This document shows, piece by piece, positions 57,098 to 64,000 of a stretch of 64,000 nucleotides of DNA. Position 1 is the stretch's first letter, and each line of letters begins with the position of its first letter. The translations under genes were made by a program, and so were the position numbers. Source of the DNA: Candidatus Lachnoclostridium stercorigallinarum. Its GTDB lineage: Bacteria; Bacillota; Clostridia; Lachnospirales; Lachnospiraceae. Under the pieces are notes generated by a model. It saw only the letters and a program-made list of their open reading frames with translations, ran no database searches and had not been told where the DNA came from. The stretch spans positions 10,953-74,952 of the forward strand of contig DXBC01000121.1 in the NCBI GenBank assembly GCA_019116745.1. The letters are read 5' to 3'.

Positions 57098-58237
57098 ATG
57101 TGGGGGCGGAGAATCTATGCGGCCATCCTGGCGGCTTTCGGTCTGCTGCTTTTGACGGGAGTAAAGAGCGGCGGTCCCTATGAGCTTCCCGATGGGCTGG
57201 AGGTAAAAAAAAGCGGAATTGAATTTCTGAGCGTTTCCGGCGGGCCGTCGTCAGAGGGAACGGCGCCGTCTGCTGTGGCAGACGGTGCTGCCGTTTCTGC
57301 AGAGGGCGCTTCTGCCCTGACAGGCGGCGCGGCCCAGGCGGGGAACGCCTCTGCTGCGGCAGGCAGCGGGACAGATTCCGGGCAGATATCAGACAGCCTG
57401 GCGCCCGGAGCCCAGGAAAAGTATCTGGGAGGAGGCAGGATTGTGCTTCTGGCCAATCAGACGGCCAGCCAGATGCTCTCTTCTGTTATTCAGACGAAGG
57501 ACGGAAGCGTGATTGTAGTGGACGGGGGAACGCCGGAGGATGCGCCTCATCTTATTGAGACGGTTCAGTCCATGGGCGGCCGGGTCAGTGCCTGGCTTAT
57601 CACCCATCTGCACAATGACCACTGCGGAGCGCTCACAGCCATCCTTAATATGGAAGAGATCCCTCTGGAGATCGACGGAATCTATTATTCCGTGGCATCT
57701 CAGGAGTGGTATGATGAAAATGACCCCACCAGGGCGCAGACGGCGGCAGCCTTTATGTCCGCCATCGGAAAAGTACCGGCGGAAAAGCTCCATGATGACA
57801 TAAAGAAGGGAACTCAGATTCCGGTGGGAGACGCCATGGTTACGGTGATGAACCGGCGGTATCTGCTGTCTGTGGACAGCGGAAACAATGCTTCTGTGGC
57901 TTACCGGGTCACCTTAAACGGCAAAAATATTCTCTATCTGGGAGATCTGGGCTTAAACGGCGGCGATCTGCTCCTTCAGGAGTGGAGCGGCGAGGATATG
58001 AAGTGCGATATTATTCAGATGGCGCACCACGGTCAGAACGGAGTGGGAGAAAATTTTTATCAGACGGTGAGACCGGAGATCTGTCTGTGGCCGACGCCCC
58101 AGTGGCTGTGGGACAATGACAACGGCGGAGGAGCGGGCAGCGGCCCGTGGAGAACCCTGGAGACCAGAGGCTGGATGGACAGACTGGGAGTGACTCAGCA
58201 CTACTGCATCAAGGACGGAGATCAGATTATTGAGTAG
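57098..58237 (+). CDS. Exported MBL-fold metallohydrolase (ComEC C-terminal/Pce-like)
   Basis: N-terminal signal/anchor, Ala/Gly/Ser linker, VDGG, THLHNDHCG, NNAS, LGD, AHHG. Confidence 0.87.
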   Translation: MWGRRIYAAILAAFGLLLLTGVKSGGPYELPDGLEVKKSGIEFLSVSGGPSSEGTAPSAVADGAAVSAEGASALTGGAAQAGNASAAAGSGTDSGQISDSLAPGAQEKYLGGGRIVLLANQTASQMLSSVIQTKDGSVIVVDGGTPEDAPHLIETVQSMGGRVSAWLITHLHNDHCGALTAILNMEEIPLEIDGIYYSVASQEWYDENDPTRAQTAAAFMSAIGKVPAEKLHDDIKKGTQIPVGDAMVTVMNRRYLLSVDSGNNASVAYRVTLNGKNILYLGDLGLNGGDLLLQEWSGEDMKCDIIQMAHHGQNGVGENFYQTVRPEICLWPTPQWLWDNDNGGGAGSGPWRTLETRGWMDRLGVTQHYCIKDGDQIIE

Positions 58238-58264
58238 ACCGGATGGGATTTCCGGGGTGAATTT

Positions 58265-58309
58265 CAGAAAAAACGGGACAGGCACTTTCCGCCTGTCCCG
58301 TTTTTTCTG
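58265..58309. terminator. Bidirectional intrinsic terminator
   Basis: cagaaaaaacgggacaggc / gcctgtcccgttttttctg perfect 19 bp arms between convergent genes. Confidence 0.9.
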
Positions 58310-58479
58310 TGAAAGCCCGGTCTCAAAGCAGAGGCGGAATGGGCTGCTTGCAGACCGGATCGCATGAGTGCGCAGCACGGAGCGGTCCGAGGGCTTTCAT
58401 GGTTCGTGGTGTCCGCGTTAGCGGGCACGGAGGTTTGTGCAATAAGCGGGTAGCAGCGCCCCATTCAGCAATGCCGCAT

Positions 58480-59460
58480 TCAGTCGCTCACATCCAGCCC
58501 GCTGTGGTAGGAGTGATTTCCCAGCTCTTTCAAGAGCAGATGAAAATCCTGTTCTTCCATGGGAACCCGGGATGTGAGACACTGGTTTAACAGATAATAA
58601 ACCAGGCTGCACTTGGCCAGGGACTGATGAAACAGCTCCGGAAATGTGGAGTTGGAGGCCAGGGACTGGTTCCATGGATTGCACCAGATTTCCCGATCCA
58701 GGTTCAGGCATTTTCTGGGGTTGGACACGGAGTCGGTCACCAGTTTGGTGGAGGCAATGGGGTTTTTCAGAAAAATGGACTCCACAAATTCAATGCTGTT
58801 TTTCTTTCTCCCGGACTTGTCCGCCAGAGTACGGCAGCCGAACCGCATGGCCAGAATGGATCGGTGCACCATGCGGGGGGTCACCTGAAAATTGTTTTTG
58901 TAGGTGATGGGGTAGTAAGCCTCGTTGATGCAGGATGCCAGAAAACGGGAGATAAACTGGGTTTCCTGGGGATTCAGGCAGATGGTGGCTGCCTGATTAA
59001 ACTGAGACGGCTTCTTTTTCTTGTATTTTTTCAGAAGAAGGGCGTCGATGTCATTTTCCAGGGAGGCGTGCTGCCCGTGGTGGTGGGTGGACGGGTTGTT
59101 GACATTATAGCCGATCCGCCCGTATACGTAGGGGTGACAGATGGAGTCGCCTATATAGTGGCAGAAAAAACCGGCCAGGTAGGAGATTCCCTGCTCCCGC
59201 TGCTGTTTGGATTTCAGGCCGGCCAGCTGGGTCAGATAGCACCGGAAAAAATCGTTTACATGGTGCTCGTGCATATAGGATCCCACGTTCCGGTAGTCCC
59301 GGTGACGAAGGATGGGAATGTTGTAGAAAAACATATCCGGACCCTGCAGACCAAGCTGATAAAGCCAGCGGTATTTGGCAATGATATGCTTTAACGGCTG
59401 AAAACCCATATCATTGTAAGCTTTCATACCCATTATGTAATGAGTGGTAAAACCAGGCAT
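58480..59460 (-). CDS. Zinc-dependent phospholipase C family protein
   Basis: MPGFTTH, LGLQGPD.FFY, MH, GFFCHYIGD..CHPYV, H..LE; start moved to ATG 59460. Confidence 0.85.
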   Translation of the reverse strand: MPGFTTHYIMGMKAYNDMGFQPLKHIIAKYRWLYQLGLQGPDMFFYNIPILRHRDYRNVGSYMHEHHVNDFFRCYLTQLAGLKSKQQREQGISYLAGFFCHYIGDSICHPYVYGRIGYNVNNPSTHHHGQHASLENDIDALLLKKYKKKKPSQFNQAATICLNPQETQFISRFLASCINEAYYPITYKNNFQVTPRMVHRSILAMRFGCRTLADKSGRKKNSIEFVESIFLKNPIASTKLVTDSVSNPRKCLNLDREIWCNPWNQSLASNSTFPELFHQSLAKCSLVYYLLNQCLTSRVPMEEQDFHLLLKELGNHSYHSGLDVSD

Positions 59461-59534
59461 AAAATCCCTCGTTTCTGAAAATCTTTTATGTGAATAAGTA
59501 TAGCACACCCGTTCATAAAATGCGATAGAAAACA

Positions 59535-60902
59535 ATGGAAAGAAGTGAGCGGATGATACACAGGCTGCAGGAACTGGTCTGGGGACCGTGGATGGTGGCG
59601 GCGCTTCTGGGACTGGGGGTTTATTTCACGGTAAAGAGCGGCTTCTTTCAGCTGAGGAGGTTTCCGGTATGGTGGTCGGCGACGGCGGGAAGTCTGCAGC
59701 GGGGAGAGAAAGAGAAAACCAGCGGGGGAATCTCCTCCTTTCAGACGGCGTGCACGGCTCTGGCAGCCACCATAGGAACCGGAAACATTGTGGGAGTGGC
59801 CACGGCGCTGACGGCGGGAGGACCAGGGGCTATTTTCTGGATGTGGATTTCCGCTATCATGGGAATGATGACTGCTTACGGGGAGACTTATCTGGGCGTC
59901 CGCTACCGGCGCCGGGTGGAAAACGGGTGGATGGGCGGCCCCATGGTCTACCTGGAAGACCGTCTGCACCTGCCGGCGGCAGGACTGCTGTACGCGTTTT
60001 TCTGCATGATGGCATCCATGGGCATGGGCAGTATGGTGCAGGCCAATTCCGCAGCGGAGACAGCGGCCTACAGCTTTTCGGTTCCTCCGGCAGTCACGGC
60101 GGCCGCGGTGACGCTTTTTGCCGGGCTGGTGATTGCCGGCGGCCCCAGGCGGATCGCGGCCGTTTCCGGGAAACTGATGCCGGCAGCCGCCGGAATTTAC
60201 ATTTTATTTTCCGTGACGGTGATTCTGTCCTGGTATGACCGCCTTCCCGAAGTGTTTTCTTCTATCTTTCAGTCGGCGTTTCAGCCGGATGCCGCTGCCG
60301 GAGGCGCCGCCGGTTTTCTGGTGAGCCGCAGCCTGCGCTATGGCGTTTCCCGGGGGGTCTTTTCCAATGAGGCCGGACTGGGAACTCTGGCCGTCCTGCA
60401 CAGCCCGGCGGATGACGGGGACGGAGTGAAGCAGGGAATGTGGGCCATGTTTGAGGTGTTTTTTGACACCATTGTAATCTGCACCCTGACGGCTGTTGTG
60501 ATTCTGGCCGCCGCTGGGGACGGACAGGGAGCGGGGTATGACGGGGCTGCCCTGACGGCCTGGAGCTTTTCCAGGCGTCTTGGGCGTGCCGGAGAGTACC
60601 TGGTATCCGGATCCATGATCGTATTTGCCTTCGCCACCCTGACAGCCTGGTATTATATGGGGCGGCAGGCTTTTTCCTATCTGCTTTTGAAAACACGATT
60701 TCCGGTAAAGCTGGGAAACCGGATCTATATGCTGCTGTATCTGAATGCCATTTTTCTCGGCTGTCTGGCCAGGCTGGATACGGTATGGCAGCTTTCCGAT
60801 ATCTGGAACGGCCTGATGGCAGTGCCCAACCTTCTGGCGCTGCTTCTGCTGCGGCGGGAGATACCGGACAGCCTGAAACAGGGGCCGCGGAAAATTTCTT
60901 GA
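59535..60902 (+). CDS. Alanine/glycine:cation symporter (AGCS)
   Basis: IGTGNIVGVA.A..AGGPGAIFWMW, GGPM.Y, RGVFSNEAGLG, VFFDTIVICT, MAVPNL. Confidence 0.93.
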   Translation: MERSERMIHRLQELVWGPWMVAALLGLGVYFTVKSGFFQLRRFPVWWSATAGSLQRGEKEKTSGGISSFQTACTALAATIGTGNIVGVATALTAGGPGAIFWMWISAIMGMMTAYGETYLGVRYRRRVENGWMGGPMVYLEDRLHLPAAGLLYAFFCMMASMGMGSMVQANSAAETAAYSFSVPPAVTAAAVTLFAGLVIAGGPRRIAAVSGKLMPAAAGIYILFSVTVILSWYDRLPEVFSSIFQSAFQPDAAAGGAAGFLVSRSLRYGVSRGVFSNEAGLGTLAVLHSPADDGDGVKQGMWAMFEVFFDTIVICTLTAVVILAAAGDGQGAGYDGAALTAWSFSRRLGRAGEYLVSGSMIVFAFATLTAWYYMGRQAFSYLLLKTRFPVKLGNRIYMLLYLNAIFLGCLARLDTVWQLSDIWNGLMAVPNLLALLLLRREIPDSLKQGPRKIS

Positions 60903-60927
60903 CAGAGAGATTTTTTTTCAGTATACT
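60899..60927 (+). promoter_or_regulatory. Near-consensus sigma-A promoter overlapping the AGCS stop codon
   Basis: TTGACA-17 nt-TATACT just upstream of the riboswitch. Confidence 0.85.
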
Positions 60928-60935
60928 TTTTCACA

Positions 60936-61072
60936 GGATAAAAGGGAGTAGCTTCCATTGAAAAATGTTGTGTGCGGCCGTCATCACAGTTAAGCTTAAC
61001 TCGGCGTACACATAATAAGCGAGACTTTGATCGTACTCTTGAAGTGCGTAGGGGTGCTCGCTTTTTTGTTTT
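60936..61072 (+). ncRNA. yybP-ykoY (Mn2+-sensing) riboswitch with downstream terminator
   Basis: Family hallmarks aaagggagtagc ... gtcatcac ... agcgagacttt; alternative terminator aagcgag / ctcgct + tttttgtttt uses the 3' strand of P1. Confidence 0.85.
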
Positions 61073-61098
61073 ACACTGTGTGAGAGGAAGAAAAGGGT

Positions 61099-62031
61099 AT
61101 GATAACAGTTTATCTGTGGCTGATTATAGGGTTTGTGCTGCTGATCAGAGGCGCGGACTTTTTTGTGGAGGGCAGTTCATCGGCGGCAAAGCTGCTGCGG
61201 GTGCCGGGAGTGATCATAGGAATGACGGTGGTGGCGTTCGGCACCAGCGCCCCGGAACTGGCGGTGAGCGTCACGGCCTCCCTGACCAGCAATAACGGGA
61301 TTGCCCTGGGAAACGTAATAGGATCCAATATGTTCAACCTGCTGATGGTGATCGGTTTGAGCTGCATTCTGTCAGAGATGCCTGTGGACCATAAGATCAT
61401 GAACGGGGATTTTTTCTATTCTATTGTGATTTCCGTGGTGGCCCTGGCTCTGGTGGCATTTGACCGGAAGATCGGACGGGTGGACGGGGTGATTCTGCTG
61501 GCCCTGTTCGGATACTTTCTCTATCGCGTCTTCAGCTCCGCCGTAAAAGAGAGAAAGGGGACGGAGCCGGTAAGGCGGGAGCTGTCGCCGGTTCTCAGCA
61601 TCGCCTGTATTGTCGGCGGCCTGGTGGCTGTGGTGGCCGGCAGCAGCCTGGTGGTGGGCAGCGCCAGCGCCATTGCGGAGGCGTTCGGTTTCAGCGAAAA
61701 TCTGATCGGCCTCACAATAGTGGCCCTGGGGACGTCTCTCCCGGAGCTGGTGACCAGCGCGGTGGCGGCCAGAAAAGGAGAAAACGGCCTGGCCCTGGGG
61801 AATGTGATCGGATCCAATATTTTCAATATTCTGCTGATTCTGGGAATTTCTGCTCTGTTAAGTCCTGTACAGGTGACGGTGTCCACAGTGTATGACCTGA
61901 TCTGTCTGATCCTGGTCAGCTGCCTGTGCTGGGCTATGGGGAAAAGAAAAATGTGCTACGCGCGGGTTCACGGAATAATCATGGTGGTCCTGTACGCCTC
62001 ATACATGGTTTATGTGGTGGCCAGGGCATAA
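61099..62031 (+). CDS. Calcium/sodium (CaCA, YrbG-like) antiporter
   Basis: Two alpha repeats GTSAPE...GNVIGSN and GTSLPE...GNVIGSN. Confidence 0.94.
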   Translation: MITVYLWLIIGFVLLIRGADFFVEGSSSAAKLLRVPGVIIGMTVVAFGTSAPELAVSVTASLTSNNGIALGNVIGSNMFNLLMVIGLSCILSEMPVDHKIMNGDFFYSIVISVVALALVAFDRKIGRVDGVILLALFGYFLYRVFSSAVKERKGTEPVRRELSPVLSIACIVGGLVAVVAGSSLVVGSASAIAEAFGFSENLIGLTIVALGTSLPELVTSAVAARKGENGLALGNVIGSNIFNILLILGISALLSPVQVTVSTVYDLICLILVSCLCWAMGKRKMCYARVHGIIMVVLYASYMVYVVARA

Positions 62032-62126
62032 GACCGGACGAAGTGCGGATGCATATGGATAAAAGCGCAGATACATACAGATAAGACGAAGAAATCCGGG
62101 AGGCCCGCGCCGCCCGGATTCATATT

Positions 62127-62209
62127 ATAAAAAAGGGAGGAGAGCTGATAAAATCAGCCCAAGTATTATGAAAAAAATCTTGTAATTCATAGCAGCTCTC
62201 GCTGTCTAT
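62127..62209 (-). ncRNA. Candidate ~83 nt small regulatory RNA
   Basis: Minus-strand TATACT -10 at 62216-62221, 5' hairpin with GAGA loop, uuuuuuucau, 3' hairpin + cuccuccc + U6; no ORF. Confidence 0.5.
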
Positions 62210-62392
62210 GGTTGTAGTATATCCGGGAATCATGAAGAAAAAATGTTGATTGTGTAAATGGTTTTTAAATATATTTTGAACAAAATATGAACGAAATCAA
62301 TTTCCGGTTGTGCGGCAATGAAGGGAATGTTATACTTGACTGGAAGAAGGACGCCGGTTTTTGGCGTCTGTCAAAGAAAGGAAGAAACAGAT

Positions 62393-62911
62393 ATGGCAAA
62401 TCCAATTGTGACCATTGAGATGGAAAACGGAGATGTGATAAAAGCGGAGCTGTATCCGGAGATTGCTCCCAATACGGTAAACAATTTCATCAGCCTGATT
62501 AAAAAGGGCTATTATGACGGGCTGATTTTTCACCGGGTTATCAGAGACTTTATGATCCAGGGCGGCTGCCCTCATGGAACGGGTATGGGAGGCCCGGGCT
62601 ATGCCATTCGGGGAGAGTTTTCCCAGAACGGATTCCGCAATCCGTTAAAGCATACGGCGGGTGTGCTTTCCATGGCGAGAGCCATGCATCCGGACAGCGC
62701 CGGATCCCAGTTCTTTATCATGCACAGGGATGCCCCTCATCTGGACGGCTCCTATGCGGCTTTCGGAAAGGTGACGGAGGGAATGGACGCGGTGAACCGG
62801 ATTGCGGAATGCAGGACGGACTACAGCGACCGCCCCATGAAGGAGCAGAAGATCCGCAAAATGACGGTGGAGACATTCGGCATGGAGTATCCGGAACCGG
62901 AAAAAATGTGA
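62393..62911 (+). CDS. Cyclophilin-type peptidyl-prolyl cis-trans isomerase
   Basis: AP.TV.NF, YYDGLIFHRVI.DFMIQGG, GVLSMAR, SAGSQFFI, HLDG.Y..FG. Confidence 0.95.
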   Translation: MANPIVTIEMENGDVIKAELYPEIAPNTVNNFISLIKKGYYDGLIFHRVIRDFMIQGGCPHGTGMGGPGYAIRGEFSQNGFRNPLKHTAGVLSMARAMHPDSAGSQFFIMHRDAPHLDGSYAAFGKVTEGMDAVNRIAECRTDYSDRPMKEQKIRKMTVETFGMEYPEPEKM

Positions 62912-62921
62912 GGATGAGACC

Positions 62922-63632
62922 GTGAGGGAAGAACGGACCGTAGTGGTGGACGGTGTAAGCCGCACAGTCGTAATTTCCGATGAGAGGGAGGCTCTCCTGG
63001 CCGCAGATGCGGCCGGGAGGGCCTCTGTTGCTCTGTGGGACGGAAGCAGCGGGGAATTTCTGCCGGCCATGTTTGCGGTGGAGGATCTGCAGGACGCGGA
63101 CGAGGAGTTTCTGGAGCGGGCGGTCAGGAGAAAGCTGGGTCTGCCGTGGGTGATCTGTACCACGGAAAGACTGTTGATCCGGGAATTTTCGGAGGCGGAC
63201 AGGGAGCAGATTCCGAAAGAAGAGTGCGCGGGGCCGGGAGATGAGATATTTCTGGACAGAGAAAAGCTGCGGGCCTATATCCGGCAGCAGTACGGCTTCT
63301 GCCAGTACGGAATCTGGGCGGTGATCGAAAAAGAGAGCGGCAGACTGATCGGAAAACTGGGATTTTCCCCGGCGGAGGAAGGCGGGAGCGGGCTGGAGCT
63401 GGGGTATCACATTTTTCTGCCCTGGAGGGGAATGGGCTATGCTCTGGAAGGCTGTCTGGCCGTTCTGGACTGGGAGGAGAAAGAGCTGGGACTGCCGGTG
63501 TATGCCAGAGTGAAAAAAGATAACCGGCCGTCCCTTGGGCTGGCGGAAAAACTGGGATTTTTTCCAGAGATGGAGAAAAATGACATATTATATCTGGTCC
63601 GGCCGCAAGGAGCGCCCGGGAAAGTAAAATAA
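62922..63632 (+). CDS. RimJ/RimL-type GNAT acetyltransferase with N-terminal extension
   Basis: TERLLIRE, YGIWAV, ELGY....WRGMGYA.E, N..S..LAEKLGF. Confidence 0.87.
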   Translation: MREERTVVVDGVSRTVVISDEREALLAADAAGRASVALWDGSSGEFLPAMFAVEDLQDADEEFLERAVRRKLGLPWVICTTERLLIREFSEADREQIPKEECAGPGDEIFLDREKLRAYIRQQYGFCQYGIWAVIEKESGRLIGKLGFSPAEEGGSGLELGYHIFLPWRGMGYALEGCLAVLDWEEKELGLPVYARVKKDNRPSLGLAEKLGFFPEMEKNDILYLVRPQGAPGKVK

Positions 63633-63665
63633 TTGACGGAATCTGAAAAAAACGGGCGGAAAGGC

Positions 63666-63709
63666 TTGTACTTTTGCTTTTGTTGGGATATAATATATTG
63701 TATACAATA
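63666..63709 (+). promoter_or_regulatory. Sigma-A promoter with adjacent palindromic operator upstream of ispE
   Basis: TTGTAC-17 nt-TATAAT (63666-63694) followed by the perfect palindrome TATTGTATACAATA (63696-63709). Confidence 0.75.
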
Positions 63710-63740
63710 AAACGTGTAAATACAATCGGGTGGGGTGCCT

Positions 63741-64000
63741 ATGATAAAGCGCATGAAACTGAAGGCTTACGGAAAGATTAATCTGGGCCTGGATGTACTT
63801 CGGAAAAGGGAAGACGGATATCATGAGGTGAAGATGGTGATGCAGACGGTAGGTCTTTATGACATCATTGATCTGCGGGCCACGGAGCAGAAAGGGATCC
63901 GTGTGGAGACCAACCTTTATTATCTGCCCAGCGATAGGAACAATCTGGTCTGGAAGGCAGCGGAAATGCTGATGTCGGAGTTTGATCTGCCGGGAGGGCT
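63741..64000 (+). CDS. ispE: 4-diphosphocytidyl-2-C-methyl-D-erythritol kinase, 5' part (runs off window)
   Basis: Reads MIKRMKLKAYGKINLGLDVLRKREDGYHEVKMVMQTV.LYD...NLVWKAA. Confidence 0.95.
   Translation, partial: MIKRMKLKAYGKINLGLDVLRKREDGYHEVKMVMQTVGLYDIIDLRATEQKGIRVETNLYYLPSDRNNLVWKAAEMLMSEFDLPGG

Noticed and set aside
57098-58237. ComEC competence protein or beta-lactamase
   Set aside because: Lacks the multi-TM competence domain; an HxHxDH motif alone does not indicate beta-lactamase
60911-60918. Poly-T tract in the promoter spacer as a phase-variation switch
   Set aside because: Only 8 T; too short to argue for slippage without read-level data
7829-62084. CRISPR array among the short repeats
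   Set aside because: All repeats are 2-3 adjacent copies without unique spacers, and no cas genes are present
439-63824. Numerous long antisense or alternate-frame ORFs (e.g. 6391-7746 +, 30524-31939 -, 47925-49184 -, 49431-51056 -, 50864-52228 -)
   Set aside because: They overlap well-supported genes, carry no recognisable motifs or RBSs, and are the expected shadow ORFs of GC-biased codon usage

Overview
A 64 kb chromosomal window from a GC-rich Firmicute. Gene content and order are Lachnospiraceae/Clostridiales-like; the taxon is inferred, not proven. Most of the window (0.5-21.5 kb and 41.5-54.3 kb) is one large cell-surface polysaccharide locus. It holds rfbABD/rfbC (dTDP-rhamnose), glmM, glf, rfbFGH (CDP-dideoxysugar), many glycosyltransferases, two flippase-like proteins, two LicD phosphotransferases, a cytidylyltransferase-PLP enzyme fusion, and a Wzm/Wzt exporter whose two genes lie about 20 kb apart. 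Between wzm and wzt sits the best candidate for an undescribed system, a DeoR-associated 16.4 kb catabolic operon (23.6-40.0 kb). It encodes a divergent BtpA/SgcQ protein, a BMP-type ABC importer, a PfkB protein with Asn in place of the catalytic Asp, four SIS-domain (GlmS/FrlB-like) paralogues, three YjbQ domains split 2+1 of which only one keeps the His signature, and three secondary transporters. An orphan hicB with an apparent hicA deletion scar follows. A second notable module is Wzt(CBM) + methyltransferase + a kinase-like/coiled-coil/GT2/GT4 protein, which resembles a chain-capping molecular ruler. The right end carries a BCCT transporter, MBL hydrolase, Zn-PLC family protein, AGCS symporter, a yybP-ykoY riboswitch ahead of a Ca/cation antiporter, a candidate sRNA, cyclophilin, GNAT and the 5' part of ispE. 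I saw no CRISPR array, tRNA/rRNA, transposase or integrase. All calls come from reading motifs by eye; no searches were run.
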